Assembly: GCF_009914755.1 (NCBI RefSeq)
Contig: NC_060937.1
Source: the human T2T-CHM13v2.0 reference genome, Homo sapiens
Strand: one strand, 5' to 3'
Length of the DNA: 64,000 bases
A model generated the notes under the pieces. It was not told the DNA's origin. It saw nothing but the letters and a program-made list of their open reading frames with translations, and did no database searches. The stretch's first letter is position 1, and every line of letters starts with the position of its first letter. This document shows positions 1 through 14,639 of this stretch, piece by piece. Position numbers and translations under genes: made by a program.

Positions 1-609
1 CCCACCCAAGAAACCAATTTTTCCTTCTAGATCTCCAGGCCTGTGATGGGAGGGGCTGCTGTGAATGTCCCTGATATGTCATGGAGACATTTTCCCCATT
101 GTCTTGGTGATTAACATTTGGCTCCTCACTACTTATGCAACTTTCTGCAGCAGGCTTGAATTTCTCCTCAGCAAAATGGTTTTTGTTTTCTGTCACATTG
201 TCAGGCTGCAAACTTTCCAAACTTTTATGCTCTGCTTCCCTTATAAACATAAGTTCTGATTTCAGATTATCTCTCTCAAGTTAAAAGTTCCACAGATCTC
301 TAGGGCAGGGGCAAAATGATGCAGTCTCTTTTCTAAAGCATAGCAAGAGTGTCTTTTGCTCCACTTCCTAGTAAGTTTCTCATCTCCATCTGAGACCACC
401 TCAGCATGGACTTCATTGTCCATATCACTATCAACATTTTGGTCAAAACCATTCAACAAGTCTCTAGGAAGTTACAAACTTTCCCACATCTTCCTATCTT
501 ATTCTGAGCCCTCCAAATTGTTCCAACCTCTGCCCATTACCTTGTAACAAAGTTGCTTCCACATTTTCTGTATCTTTACAGCAGTACCCCACTACTGGTA
601 CAAATTAAC
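1..609 (-). mobile_element. THE1/MST (MaLR) internal sequence, 5' portion; runs off the window start
   Basis: Reverse complement resembles the MaLR internal start (GTACCAGTAGTGGGGTACTGCTG...GATATGGACAATGAAGTCC...GAGGTGGTCTCAGATGGAGATGAG); ORF 262-459 is its degenerate ORF; abuts the LTR at ~610. Confidence 0.85.
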
Positions 610-990
610 AGTATTAGTCCCTTTTCACACTGCTAAAAGGAAATACTTGAGACTAGGTGATTTATAAAGGAAAGAAGTTTGATTGACTCACAGGTCAACA
701 TGGCTGGGGAGTCCTCAGGAAACTTATAAACATGGCAGAAGGCAAAGGGGAAGCAAGCACTTTCTTCACAAAGTGGCAGTAAAGAGAATGAAGGAGGAAC
801 GTTCGAACACTTATAAAACTATCAGATCTTGTGAGAACTGACTATCATGAGAACAGCATGGGTGCAACAACCCCCCATGATCCAATCACCTTCCTCCTTC
901 GACACATGGAGATTACAGGTCTCTTCCTCAACACTTGGGGATTACAATTCAAGATGAGATTTGGGTGGGCACCAAGAGCCAAACCATGTA
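610..990 (-). mobile_element. THE1D/MSTA-type MaLR 5' LTR
   Basis: gtattagtcc...gatgagatttgggtggg...agccaaaccat are typical THE1/MST LTR termini. Confidence 0.88.
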
Positions 991-3384
991 CTATGGCTGG
1001 AGCATAAAAGTTGTGTACTTCAGGCCTCAGATTTCAGTTTCCATAATCAAATTGACAGACAATGGCTGTTGCGAAGGTCAAATGATAAAATGTATGTAAA
1101 GGTGCTGGTGAATTGTGAAGGATCATTCAGAGTAAAAGTGTATTATTTTAATTTAAAATAAATTATTAAATCTATCTGGCATAAAACAAATAGCTCAGTA
1201 GAAGCTGATATGTGGTTTAGGTTAGTTGAAGATGATACATTGAAAAATTAGCAAATTTAAAACTTTGAATTAGGACATGAATCTATAGCTTTAAAAACAG
1301 AAATTTAACCACTGGCATTATTGCATTTTTTTGTCATATGCTTTTGGTATATAGCTCTCTTTAATTTGTGTTTGAAACAATTTTATATTATCAGACTGGC
1401 CAGATTTGGGAACATTTTTCTCAACATAATTGTTTATATTTTTTGGTATTTGCCAAATAAAAAATGAAAAAGTTTTTGTAATAAATTGTGTTTTATTTAA
1501 AATAAGTCCATAATATAGTTAGTTACATGGCAGCAGAAGATATTCAATTGTGTTTGTATTATGTATATGGGAAATATTTCTACTGAAGTCCTAGTGTGCT
1601 ACTTGTACTCTTGCAGAACATAGAATCTAAGTAATCATAAAAAATGGTTGTAATTTGTTCATCTTCATGTCTTTAATCCCCTCATGGCATTATGTTTTGT
1701 TATGATGTGCTTTATATTCTACACTGATAAGATACATACTTTATTTATTCATATTTATGACTATAAACTCCCTCTTATTTTTAACATACAATAAAATTTA
1801 TATTTATGTTTGAATTAAATAATATACATTAAACCATCAATTCTATGTAGATTTGAGTGGAAGCAGGCCTGCATACATTGCATAGCTCTTTTCATTACCT
1901 ATAGCACATAATTTTTCATTAATTTATTTACTATGATAACCATAACTAGTTTCAGGCAAGAATCTAACATTCTTTCATGAGTCATGTGGAGTCTTGGAGG
2001 ACTAGGTAAAACAACAACACATTGTCTGAGACTGTCAGGAAAGATATTTACATACAGATTCCAAACAAAAAAGTCATCTTATTTAGCAATTAGATAGAGT
2101 GTGAGCATTAGCCGTCTACCACGTCTCAGAGCTTTTCTCAGGACAGATATGTATTACCCTGCCCTCATTTCTCAGAGAAAGGCTGACTCTAATGCTTGTA
2201 AGCTTTCTCTCTCACTGCAAATGGCCCATCAGGCCTATAGCCTGAATATGTCACATTTATACACTTTTATCTGACAGCAAGTACTTATTTCAAAATTAAA
2301 TACCTTGCATCCAGTTAATATGAATGCACTGTGTCACAGACAGTATCTTGACACTAATCAGAGGTTGGAGTTCAGAAACAAATTTAAATTCTCTACATCT
2401 CTGGCCATGTTATATTATTTTTTAATGATAATGTTTTACCAAAGTCAGTAATTAAAAGGGCACACATACTTCAAGCACACAAAAGATTTAGATAATAAAC
2501 AACAGCACATATTTCTTTATGAGCACAGTTTTTTTTTCTTGAGAAGTAGAATTTGCACACTGGAAATTTGGACAGGCTGTGTATTTTCTACTTTTTTCAG
2601 AAGAAAAGCTCACTCACATGTAGTTACAATATTACTGAATGTGTATATATGCATTTAATGTAGAAAATTGCATTTATAGGGAAATGGAAAAAGACTGGCT
2701 CTAAGAAAAGTTTTAGCTAAGCAATTCTTTTTGCATCTGGGACTGCACTAGCAATAATTCCCATGAGGGAAATTTTATTTCCCTTTGGCCACTCTCCCAG
2801 AATCAGCTGCTTCATCCTGCAGTCACATTCTTCATTCTGAAGTGTTAGGCAGCTACTAGCATGTGTGCGCCAACACTGTGTATAGGAAAATATCTACAGG
2901 GCATTGTTAAGGGTGCTTGACTATTTTCCTGCAGGATGCTATGTTTCCAATCTTGGTTTGCCATTAATCTCCTTCTTTTTGTACTTCTTTGGTCAGTGTT
3001 ACATTCTGCTGCTGTATATATGCATGATGATAGGGCATAAGCAAAATGCCATTCTACCCCTTGAATAACTGTATGTACCTACCGAGGTTCTAAACTTCAC
3101 ATAATTGTAGCCAAGTTTACCCTCCATTTGTGGAGAGAAGAGAGTGACTGATAATCATCATCCTCCCACTGAATTTTCTACTACTCCCCAAATAATGTAA
3201 ACATTCCTTCATAATTTCTTTCTTTTGCTAGTATTTGATTAAGAACCTACAATATTCTTGGCTCTGTGTTTAGCAGCAGAAGACATCTCATATATGCTTC
3301 AATAATTTTATTCAAATAGAATATTTTACCACAATTTAATGCATCAAAAATACAGAATATTTATCCTTTTTGTATTTTTTTACT

Positions 3385-3645
3385 ATTTTATTTATTTGAG
3401 TTGGCAAGTAAAAGATTTATATATTTATGATCTTTTCATAATATATACATTGTGGAATGGCTAAATCCAGCCAATTAATATGTGTATTATTTCACATACT
3501 TTTTTGTGATAAAACACTTAAAATCTGCTCTCTTGGCAATTTTCAAATATACAATATATCGACTATAGGCACCATATTGCACAATAGATCTTTTGAATTT
3601 TTTTCTTTCTGTCCAGCTGAAATTTTGTGTCCTTTAACCAGCATA
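3385..3645 (-). mobile_element. L1MA 3' end fragment
   Basis: atatatacattgtggaatggctaaat...aaaatctgctctcttggcaattttcaaatatacaata matches the reverse-complemented L1MA 3' UTR. Confidence 0.75.
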
Positions 3646-3825
3646 CTCTTAAAAATAATACTATTAAGAATAAATAAAAATAAAATAATAAATGATAACA
3701 TGAGTAGTCTTGGTTAATGACAATGACCACATACTAACTTTTTTTTTTGAGGTTTTATGGTGGTTGCTTTTGGAATTTTTAGTATTATGATTCTATTAAT
3801 TATTCCTCACACCTTAATTTAATTG

Positions 3826-3950
3826 AATATATATATTTGTGTATATACATATTTGTGCATATATATATTTGTGTATATATATATGTGTATATATATTTGT
3901 GTGTGTATATATATATTGTGTGTCTGTGTGTGTATATGTATATATATATT
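3826..3950. repeat. TA/TG compound microsatellite derived from an Alu tail
   Basis: Alternating tatatatatttgtgtatatac... directly abutting an Alu 3' end. Confidence 0.9.
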
Positions 3951-4457
<507 letters not shown>

Positions 4458-6876
4458 TGAAAATATTATTTGCTTAAACATTTGGTGTTCATTAAGACAG
4501 ATATTCTTAAATAATTAGACACAAGAAAATTTCATGTAGTGATGTGATTTTCATTCTTGGCTCATATGTTAGGACTTTCAGATACTGGCTAATTTGTTTG
4601 TTGATGCCTCTGTCTTGTTTTTTAGTCTATGAACCACATTTGAAGGTTTTTTGTTTTTGCTTAAAACAGTTAAGAGGCAGAAAACATATTTTGATTTAAT
4701 TCCTAAATATGCTTTACATTTTCTCCTAAGTATGAATGCTCGGTTTTCTAAGGCTAGGATTCTGGAGGACTTAGTTTCACGTCCTTTGTGCTTTGAGGAT
4801 GACATATAAATATTGGTTTGAGCTGTATAAGAAATTTAATTAAGGATTAGTGTGTGCTTTTTCATGATCCTGCATTCTTCAGTCAATGTAACCTGAATAC
4901 AAATGCTGTCCAATGTGTGTGGACACGGACATTACTAAACAGACACTCCCTAACTCGTAACACTCTACTAGCTTTAGAAATAAATATCTCATAAAATATT
5001 TATCAAAAAGTTAATAAATCACAACAAAATCAAATGACAATATCAGGTCCTGTAGAATTTTCTATAAATACCATAAATAAATAATGTTCATGTTTCAATA
5101 AGCTATGGAGTTAGTTTAAAAATAATGAATTCATTAAAAGAGCTATATCTGATGCCATATAATCATTGTATACATGCAGCTTTGGATGAACATCCAATTC
5201 AATTTTAAATTATATCCATATGTATGAATACAATTTAAAAATGTATATATGCAGAAACACATACATACACAAACACATTCTAGAGAGAATAACAATTCTC
5301 TAAACTCATTATTCATCCAGTATTTCTTATATGTCATTTGCTTAAAAAAAGATTCATTTACAAAATTAATGAGATCATATTAAATGAATTTTTATTTGTT
5401 CACCTTGGACAAAGCACATGACCTTGTTGAGTCTTCAGTTTTTTCCACCTCATATAAAAATAGTTAGATTTGATGTCAAAGTATCTTTTAACTAAAAATT
5501 ACTAAATAACTAAATAAATATTTTATTTTCATTATATTTAAATATTAACTCTAAAAAACTCATATTTTATTTATGTTTTAGAAAGTAATATAATTAAATA
5601 TCAGATTATATCCTCATATTTAATTGAATATGTTGATTTAGAACTATAAGACTTTTTAAGAATGATGGAATTTTGAATTAATATAAGAAGAGAAGCTATG
5701 TAGCAATATTGTTTTCAAAAGCGCATATTGATTTTAGTACCAAATATTGTAGTATTTTATGGCTTCAATACCTATTTCAGTGATATGTTGAAAAGTCCAA
5801 CCATCTAATAACATGTTTTATTCACACATATGGACATGTCACACATAGACATGTACCACACATGTAATTTTAAAACATACAATTAAAATACGTCAGTAAA
5901 AAACCTTCCTCCAATATTTATGGCTTTTTTAAAAACTAAATAAGACAAATTTATAAATTGAAATATCAGTCAGAACTCTATTAGAAATGTAACTTACGGA
6001 TTTGGGAACCTAATTTTCCGACCTAGTCATTAAATCTGGTGTCCATGGAAACTATTGTGCTTTGATAGCATGATATGCTATTTATTCATATAATCTGCAT
6101 GAGCAAAAATAGTTTAATCATACCCTTACCTGCATATTGGTTTTCTCTGGAAACACTAAAAATTACATAATTATTTTCTTCATATTTGAAGAAATTTGAA
6201 GAAAGTAAAAGTTCCTTTAAACTTTTAACTATGCGTGCATCATTGATTTTATGTTATCTCTAGCATAAAAGTCATTTCCCGCACAAAGATCCTCCAATTT
6301 TTATATATTTATCCTTCTGTCACCTAAAATTTGCACGTAATATTAAATAATTTAAATTCATTACCTTTTTACTTTTCTCCTAAAATCATTATCAAGGAAG
6401 ATACAGGCTAATAATATTTTTTCTGGTTTATAAAGAAACTCACTAGACATACAGAACCACATGTGTATTATATGATATAACTCTACTTGTAATTATTACC
6501 AGAAATAAAGGCTGTCATCGTTTTACTAAGTATTAAATTAATGCTTATTACTGTCTATTGTTTAAAGGGTAGATAAATTTCAGTACATTTCATGATTTAA
6601 TGTCAATGTCCCACAGAAAATAACAATGCATATTAACTATACATAATGACATAGTATATATACTAATTATTTAAACTATATTAATTTCCTTGGTCCTAAC
6701 TAGATCTAGCATACCTGACATAAAATTTGCATAATTTTTAATTTGCATACCAAAAGATGTTTTGGTTAATAAGCTGATAGCAGTACCAAAAAAAATCCAT
6801 CCAATGAGTCTATCACATTCAGGTGATATGATATGGTCAAACTAAATGGAAATAAGAAGACACATGCTAAACGTAT

Positions 6877-7244
6877 TGTATTAGTCCATTTTCACACTGT
6901 GGATAAACACAATCTGAGACTGAGCAATTTACAAAAGAAAAAGGTTTAATTGGACTTAAGGTTCCAGGTGTCTGGGGAAGCCTCACAATCATGGTGGAAG
7001 GCAAGGAGGAGTAAGGCATATCTTACATGATGGCGGGAGGCAAAGAGAGGAGCGCTTGTGCAGGGAAATTCCCCTTTTTAAATCTATCAGACCTCCTGAG
7101 ACTCATTCGATATTACAAGAACAACACGAGAAAGGCCTGGCCTCATGATTCAATTATCTCCCACCAGGTCCCTCCCACAACAAGTGGGAATTATGGGAGC
7201 TACAAGATGAGATTTGGGTGGGGACACAGAGCCAAAACATGCCA
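6877..7244 (-). mobile_element. THE1 (B/C-like) solo LTR
   Basis: tgtattagtcc...gagatttgggtggggacacagagccaaaacatgcca; perfect 5-bp TSD cgtat at 6872-6876 and 7245-7249. Confidence 0.93.
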
Positions 7245-8634
7245 CGTATCAACTGTAAAATGTATTAAATGTTGTCTGGGCCATGAGAGGCATTTTTGCA
7301 AATTCCAAAATGATTTGGTGAAATAAAAATACAACATTATACAACATTTACATATTGGAGACTAAAAGAGAAATACCTTGCCACAATGATAAAAGACTCT
7401 TAGGGTTGTCTCAATTTCCCCCAAAATGCAATTCACAATGTTAAAAATGATGTACTTACATAATTACATAATTATTTTTAAATTTGCCACTTTAAAACTT
7501 ATTAATAATTTTTATTTGTGTAAAGTATATACATTTCATATTTTATTCTTACAAATACACAAAAAATAGAAAATTGTTTATAAGTAAAGTATATTTTCCA
7601 CCTTTATTGAGGTATCTTGACAAATAAAAATTGTATATATTTAAAGTGTACACAGTACAGACAACGGAATGATCTGATATATGTATACATTGTGAAATTA
7701 TTGCCACAAACTAATTAACAAATCCATGAACTCACATAGTTATGATTTTGTTTGTGTGGTGAGAATACTTAAGTTACACCCTCTTAACAAATTTCAAGTG
7801 TACAATACAGTACTATTAACTATATATGGTCATAATAGATATGATGTATATAATGTATATAATCATGATATATATTAGAGCCCAAAACTCATTTATTCTG
7901 CGTTATTGGATATTTGTACTCTTTCACCACCATTTCCCCATTTTCCTCACCCTCATTCCTGCCAACCACCACTCTACTCTCTGCTCTTATGAGTTCAATG
8001 TTTTTAGATTTCACATATAAGTGAGATCATGCAGTATTTCTCTTTCTGTGTCTAGCTTATTTCACTTAGCATAATGCCTTCTAGCTTTATCTATATTGTT
8101 GCAAATGACAAGATATTCTTCTCTTTAAGGGTAAATAACATTCCATTATTTAGATATAAATACTATATATATCACATTTTCTTTATAACTTCAACTGATA
8201 GACATTTAGGTTGTTTCTATCTTAGTTATTGTGAATAATGCTGCAATAAACATGGGGTGCGGATACCTCTTTGAAATACTCATTTCATTTCCTTTGGATA
8301 CACAAACAGAAGTGTGATTGCTGAATCATATGGTTAACCTATATTTAATTTTTATAGAGACCTCTATACTGTTTTTCATAATGACTGAGCAAGTTATACT
8401 TTCCTCAAGAGTGTACAAGCATTCCCTTTCCTCCACACCTTCATCAACGAGTATCATTCATCATTTTGGTAATAACTATTCTGACAGGTATGAGGGGATA
8501 TCTAATTGTGGTTTAATTAGCATTTATCTGACGATTAATGGTATTAGGCACTTTTTCATATACCTGTTGGCCATTTATATGTCTTCTTTTGAGAAATGTC
8601 TCTTCAGGTTATCAGCTCAGTTTGAAATCAGGTT

Positions 8635-8979
8635 TGCTATGGGCTGAATATATGTGTACCCCTCAAATTTATACGTCAAAATCCTAACTTCCCAGGGGAT
8701 GGTATTAGCAGGTGGGGCCTTTAGGAGGTAATAGGGTCCTGGGAGTAAATCCCTTATGAATGAGATTAGTGCCTTTAAAAAAGAGGCTCCAGGGAACTTC
8801 ATTATTCCTTTTGCCATGTGAGAACACAAGGAAAAGACTGGCCTTCACTAGACACTGAATTTGCCAGAGTCTTGATATTGGACTTCTCAGTCTCCAGAAT
8901 GGTGAGAAGTACATTTCTGTTGTTTTTGAGCCACTCAATCTATAGTATTTTGTTATAGAAACCTGAATGAACCGAGACA
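8635..8979 (+). mobile_element. MLT1A-type MaLR solo LTR nested in L1MA
   Basis: tgctatgggctgaata...ggtggggcctttaggagg...gacttctcagtctccagaatggtgaga...ccgagaca. Confidence 0.85.
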
Positions 8980-8982
8980 GGA

Positions 8983-8983
8983 T

Positions 8984-9026
<43 letters not shown>
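8983..9026. repeat. (TTTA)n tetranucleotide repeat
   Basis: About 11 perfect TTTA units. Confidence 0.95.
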
Positions 9027-10156
9027 TGCTATTGAGTTTTTTGAGTTCCTTATACATTTTGGAAATTAACACTTTATCAGATATATGGTTTGCAAGTATG
9101 TTCTCTCTTCATGGGTTGCCTTTTCACTCTGTTTTTTTTTTTTTCCTTTGCTATACAGCTTTTGGATCTGATAAAATCTCATGTCTGTTTTTTATTTTGT
9201 TGCCAGTGTTTTTGGGATCATATAAAAGAAAAAAAAGAATCATTGCCCAGACTACTGTCAAGAAGACCATTCATTATGTTTTCTTCTAGTAGTTTTATGG
9301 TTTCAGATCTTAGGTTTAGGTGTTTAGTCCATTTTGAGTGGTTTTTGTATATGGGGCAAGATAAGGCTCCAATTTCATTCTTTTGCAATGTGGATCTCCA
9401 GTTTTCCTAGCACCATTTACAGAAGAGACTGTCTTTTCCACATGATGTGTTCTTGACACACACATTGAAGAGTCATTGAGCATAATGCATGGATTCATTT
9501 CTAGGCTCTGTGTTCTATTCCAGGAGACTATGTCTGTTTTTATTCCAGCACCATGTTATTTGGATGACTGTAGCTATATTTTTAAATCAGGAAGTGTCAT
9601 GCCTTCAGCTTTGATCATTGTTAAAAACTGTCCAAATGTAAAATTTAACAATAGTAAACATACTTTTGATAATTAAAGTATTTTCATATTTTAAAGTTAA
9701 ATAAGCATTGAGTTTCAAGTTTCTTAAAATTCATATTATGCAAAGTTACAAAAAGCTATGTTAACTTAAATTTTCTTTTTAAAATGTGTTTATTACATTC
9801 TCAAATATCGTACAATGGTAGTGAATTTATCTCTCCAGAAAAATGATGAATTGTCACATGCTTAATACAAGTTGGTAAACACTTGTCTGAAAAGTCTGTC
9901 TCAGAAGCTAGAATTCTTATTCTAATCATATTTAATCAACTTCAGATCTTATGGGTCATGTTTTACAATGTCAGTGAAAGACATGTGACCTAGCTTTTTC
10001 AACACAATTCTGCAGAGAAATATGTCAGTCCAAAATTCTTAAAGTTTTTGGAAGCAAAGTCAAACTAATCAGTCAAGAAATTAAAAAACGTTCTGACCCT
10101 GCAATCCTACTCTTGTGAATATGTTTCAGAAAAATAAAAAGGCCAGTAAGTATTGG

Positions 10157-10660
10157 TGTATTGCATTGAATTCTTATTGCTGCCTTAACAAGTTACCAGA
10201 AATTTAGAGGCTTAAAGCAACACACATCTATTACCTTTCAATACTGTGGATCAGGAGTCTGAAAGGGGTCTTATTGGGTTAAAATTAATGAACTTTGGCA
10301 TGACCTACATATTGTTTTGGAGGCTCTAGGGAAGAATCAGTTTCTCTACTTTTCTAACTCCTACTGGCCTTCCACATTCCCTGGCTTGTAACCCCATAGG
10401 TGCTATGCAAAGCCAGCCATGTTACATCTCTCTGTGCCTTTCTTCCATAGTCACATCTCCTTCAAACTCTTTTCATCTGCTTCTCTTTCTACTTTTAATG
10501 ACCCTTGTGATTACACTGGGCCCATGTGGATAATTGAGAATTAATCTATTATGAGGTCAGCTGATTAGCAACCTTAATTCCATCTGCAAAATTATTTTGC
10601 CACACAAGGTAACATACTCGCAGGCTCTAGTGATTGTTGACATCTTAATGTGGACATCTT
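10157..10660 (-). mobile_element. MLT1C/D-type LTR
   Basis: tgctgccttaacaagttacca...ggcttaaagcaacaca...acccttgtgattacactgggccca...ctgattagcaaccttaattccatctgca. Confidence 0.8.
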
Positions 10661-10689
10661 CATACATAAATATAAATAAATAAATATAC

Positions 10690-11042
10690 TCACACCGTGG
10701 AATACAGTGGAATGCTCCAAGAAATAATAAAATCATGTCTTTTGAAGCAACATTGATGGAACTCGAGCCCATTATATTAAGTGAAACAACTCAGAAACAT
10801 GAAGTCAGATATCACATATTCTCACTTATAAGTAGAAGCTACAATGTGTACACATAGACAGTGTGGAATAATAGACCCTTGGGACTTGGAAGGGTGGAAT
10901 GGTAGGAGGGAGATGGGTGAGAAATTACTTAATAGGTGCAATATACATTACACCAGCTATGGTTACACTGAAAGCCCAGAGTACACCACTATGCAATATC
11001 CATGTAACAAAACTGCATTTTCCCTTCTTAAATTTATTTTTT
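10690..11042 (+). mobile_element. L1PB/L1MA 3' UTR fragment
   Basis: attatattaagtgaaacaactcagaaac...ggttacactgaaagcccaga...catgtaacaaaactgca. Confidence 0.82.
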
Positions 11043-11729
11043 TAAAAGCTCTGGAAAACTTAGAGCAATGTTTAATGTTTTTATATTGGTATATATTTTT
11101 AAATTTTAATGTAAGATTATGTTTGAATAATTTATGGTATGTCCACAACATGGAGTATTATGTAGCTTTTAAAAATAATTAATAATAAATATAACATAAA
11201 GTGCATAGTTTTCCAAAAAGTATTATTGCATAAAATGAAAACAAGATGTATGGAAGTATGTATAAAATTTTATTACCTTGATTATATATGTAACGTGCAA
11301 GCATACACACGTGTAAAAACATATATATACATATTTGTAATCAATATAAACATTTATACATATAAATATATCTCTCTCTTTCTCCTCTCTCTATTATCTA
11401 TATCTTTATATATGTACACACATACACAAAATATCATAAGCACAATGAAGACAGTATTAGTTTGATAACATGAGTTACCCAGTTGTAGAGAGTGAGGCTT
11501 TGAGTAAGAAAAGGACACATAGGAATTGAAAGGTAGAGAATGTAAGAAATGCAAGATTTTCTCCCCAAAACAGGGAATGGTATTAATTATATAATTACAT
11601 AATTCCCTACAGTCAGGTATTCAAATATTTGTCTCTGATGGGAAATGTGTCCTAGATGTGTAGAATATTGAGAAGAGCAGTGTACTTGAAGAAAATAGCC
11701 ATGTAATATAGAGCAAGTTCTTATTCTCT

Positions 11730-11990
11730 TGTTGCAGATTAAAATTGGCAGAAACTTCTTTGATATGCATTGAAGGTGTCTGGTTTCCCCTTCTTTTGAA
11801 TCTGGGCTGGCCAGTGACCACTTTGACTAATAAAGTACAGTGAAAGCCATACTGTGCTCTGGATGAGTACTAGAACTTCTGCCTTGGCCTTTTTCAGAAG
11901 GCAGCTACCAGATGAGAAATGTGACCACTTGAGACCACCATGTAGTGAGAAGCCTAAGCTACATGGAGATGTTCTGAGAAATGAGATGTC
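11730..11990 (+). mobile_element. Old MLT1 LTR fragment
   Basis: ttgaatctgggctggccagtgaccactttgactaata...gagaccaccatgtagtgagaagcctaagc. Confidence 0.55.
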
Positions 11991-12044
11991 ATGTGGTGGA
12001 AAAGAGAGGCAAAAAGCAGAGTGAAGAGACTGTTCATATGCTTA

Positions 12045-12200
12045 TATTGGGAAAGTCATTTAAGCTTTCTGTGCCTCAGCTCTTAAAACTATCAAATGAA
12101 GATGATAATAATAGTGCCTCCCTTGTATGGTTGTTACAAGGGTTAAATTAGTTAATATTTACATCACTTAGAGTAGTGCTTTACACATGTTAAGTCCTAC
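12045..12200 (+). mobile_element. MIR SINE fragment
   Basis: MIR core: aagtcatttaagctttctgtgcctcag...aaatgaagatgataataatagtgcctc...ggttgttacaagggttaaa. Confidence 0.75.
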
Positions 12201-12304
12201 GTGTCAGACGCTACTATTTTCTCATCTATTAAATGAATATTGTCATCATAATGTATTTAACATTTGTTTTAAATTTTGTTTTAACTCTTTCTTTAACTCT
12301 TATT

Positions 12305-12420
12305 AATCACTACTCATTGATTGAGCAGTTACTATGTGTTAAACACACAGAGTTATCTAGTGGAGATAAAATAGTGAATAAGACGGGTCAAGATATTCCC
12401 TTAGAGATTCTAATTTAATA
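12305..12420 (-). mobile_element. L2 3' end fragment
   Basis: ttgagcagttactatgtg...ggagataaaatagtgaataagac. Confidence 0.55.
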
Positions 12421-13019
12421 TGATAAAACAAGAAAATAAACTTTTATAAATAGATTTCTTTCTATTTAAGCACTTTCTTCAGGAAGACTTTGCTAAGCAA
12501 CCTATGCCAAAACATACATTAAACATTTCTCCTTTGTATTTCCAAAGCACACAGAAATTACATCATCTTAGCACTTAATGCAATGTACTGCCAGAACTTA
12601 GTACATTACTATGTTGATAACTCCATCTCCAAATACTCTAATGAATTTACACTTACATCCTAGGGAAAAGAAGCAAGGGATGGGTGACTTAGGCCTTCTG
12701 TTTAAACTTTAGAGTAACTCCTCTCTTTTTCCCTGGGCTCAGTTTTCCTTGGAACCAACTTCAGTTGCCGTTTCTTGATATCATGGTAATTGTGATTCAA
12801 AAGCCAAGGTCCAGGGTGTGGGTCAAAGGGAAATGTTTATGAATACTACTTTTCTTGCCTTTGGTGTAGGGCAAGACTTAAACTAGTTTAAATTCTTAGT
12901 TTAACTGCCTGCACCTTATGTAGACATTCCACACAGGAGATGGGCATGCCGCATCTCACATCAGTGCTTTCCTTTCTGCCTAGATTCTTCAAATACCAGA
13001 AGCGATGAAATCTGGTCAT

Positions 13020-14110
13020 GAAAGTAACAAGTCAAGAAACAACAGATGTTGGAAAGGTTGCAAAGAAAAGAGAACACTTACACACTATTAGTATAGCCTC
13101 TATGGAAAATAGTATGGCAATTTCTCAAAGAGTCAAAAGTAGAAATATCATTCAACCCGGCAACCCCACTATTAGGTATCTACCAAATGAAAAACAAGTC
13201 GTTATTTCAAAAAGACACCTGCATGCTTATGTTTATTACAGCACTATTCACAAGTCTCCAACCACAGATAATTGGATTAAAAAATACGGTATCTATACAC
13301 TATGGACTAACAAACAGTTTTTGATCACTGTTTATTATAATCCCGAGTAGCTGGGATTACAGACACCCACCACCAGACCCAGCTAACTTTTGTATTTTTG
13401 GTACAGATGGAGTTTTGCCATGTTGGCCAGGCTGGTCTCAAACTCCTGACCTCATGTAATCCACCCACCTCAGCCTACCAAACTGAAAAATTTTTAAGAG
13501 TTATTTTATGTCTACTATCCACTGCAGCACACTGATATAATTGAATATTTTATTTTGCTTTATTGGCTGTCTGAAGGGGTTGTTCTCAGCATTTAGACAA
13601 CAGCAAGTACCAGTTTTTTTAACCACTGTTTATTATTCCATGGTGCATAGATACCATATTTTCTTTATCCAGTCATCTGTGGATGGTCACTCTGGTTGAT
13701 TTCATGATTTTGCTAATGTGAATAATGCTGTAATAAACATACACATGCAGGTGTCTTTTTGAAATAATGACAAAATGAAATCCTGTCTCTTGCAGAAACA
13801 CAGATGGAGCTGGAGGCCATTATCACAAGTAAAATAACTCAGAAACAGAAAATCAAACACTGCAAGTTCTCAATTATAAAGTAGAATATAAAGAACAGGT
13901 ACACATGGGGAATACAGAGGGAAATAGATACTTGGGATACCAAAAGTTGGGAAGATGGGAGGGAAATGAGGGTTGAAAATTACCTATTGGGTACAATGTT
14001 CTTTATTCAGGTAATGTCTTCACTAGGAGCCCAAACCCCTCCACTACACAATATATCCATGTAACAAACCTGCACATGCACTCCTTGAATCTACAAACAT
14101 TAAAAAAATA
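13020..14110 (+). mobile_element. L1PB 3' end, disrupted by a complex insertion at ~13311-13771
   Basis: aacaacagatgttgg...aaaagacacctgcatgc; resumes at aaaatgaaatcctgtc...catgtaacaaacctgcacatg plus A tail. Confidence 0.85.
13341..13596 (+). repeat. Dispersed direct copy of 17338-17591 (partial Alu plus flank)
   Basis: Same Alu truncation point (ccaaa[c/t]tgaaaaa) and colinear non-Alu flank up to ggctgtctgaaggg.ttgttctcagcat.tag. Confidence 0.92.
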
Positions 14111-14639
14111 AGTATTAAGGGTTTTGGCCCATTGTACCTCAGAGGTACAGCTGGTATCCAAATCTCCTGTTTCCCAGATAGATATCAACATGACGTGAAA
14201 GTAAATAGAAAACATCTCACTTTATAAAAAATTTCAAGCTGCCAGTCATATATTTGAGCTTCCCACCTTCCACAGAGAATCTCAGTTCGACTCCCTGAAA
14301 TGAGAATTTATGTTTGATAACTTCTTTTCACTTTTTTCTTCTCCACCTCCATGTCTGTACCATTTGTGTATTTATTTTCCTCACTTTCTTTCCTGTGTGT
14401 GCTTCTGGAGAAGGATTTTACATCATTCTTTGACAAGGCTAAAATGATCATTTGTGATTTTTATTCATTATATTTTCCCTCCTCAGAGAACATCGGTCTA
14501 TGCTTTTAATCTATTTTTGATATTTCTATCGCTACTATCTTATAAATTTTAGCCCCCAAACACGTTTATGTCTTCCTAGTTCTAAAAACCTTTCATTAAG
14601 ACAACTTATCTTTAAACTCTCTGACAGGACTTAAAAACT

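Larger units (their letters stand above)
7591..9620 (-). mobile_element. L1MA 3' portion (3' UTR and ORF2 end), interrupted by an MLT1A LTR
   Basis: ttattgaggtat...ttagatttcacatataagtgagatcatgcagtattt; ORF 9316-9498 resembles the ORF2 segment RMKLDPYLSPYTK. Confidence 0.87.

Noticed and set aside
6120-6175. Minus-strand ttttag...CAG/gtaagg micro-exon-like pattern (26 nt)
   Set aside because: Weak polypyrimidine tract, not frame-preserving, no partner exons identifiable.
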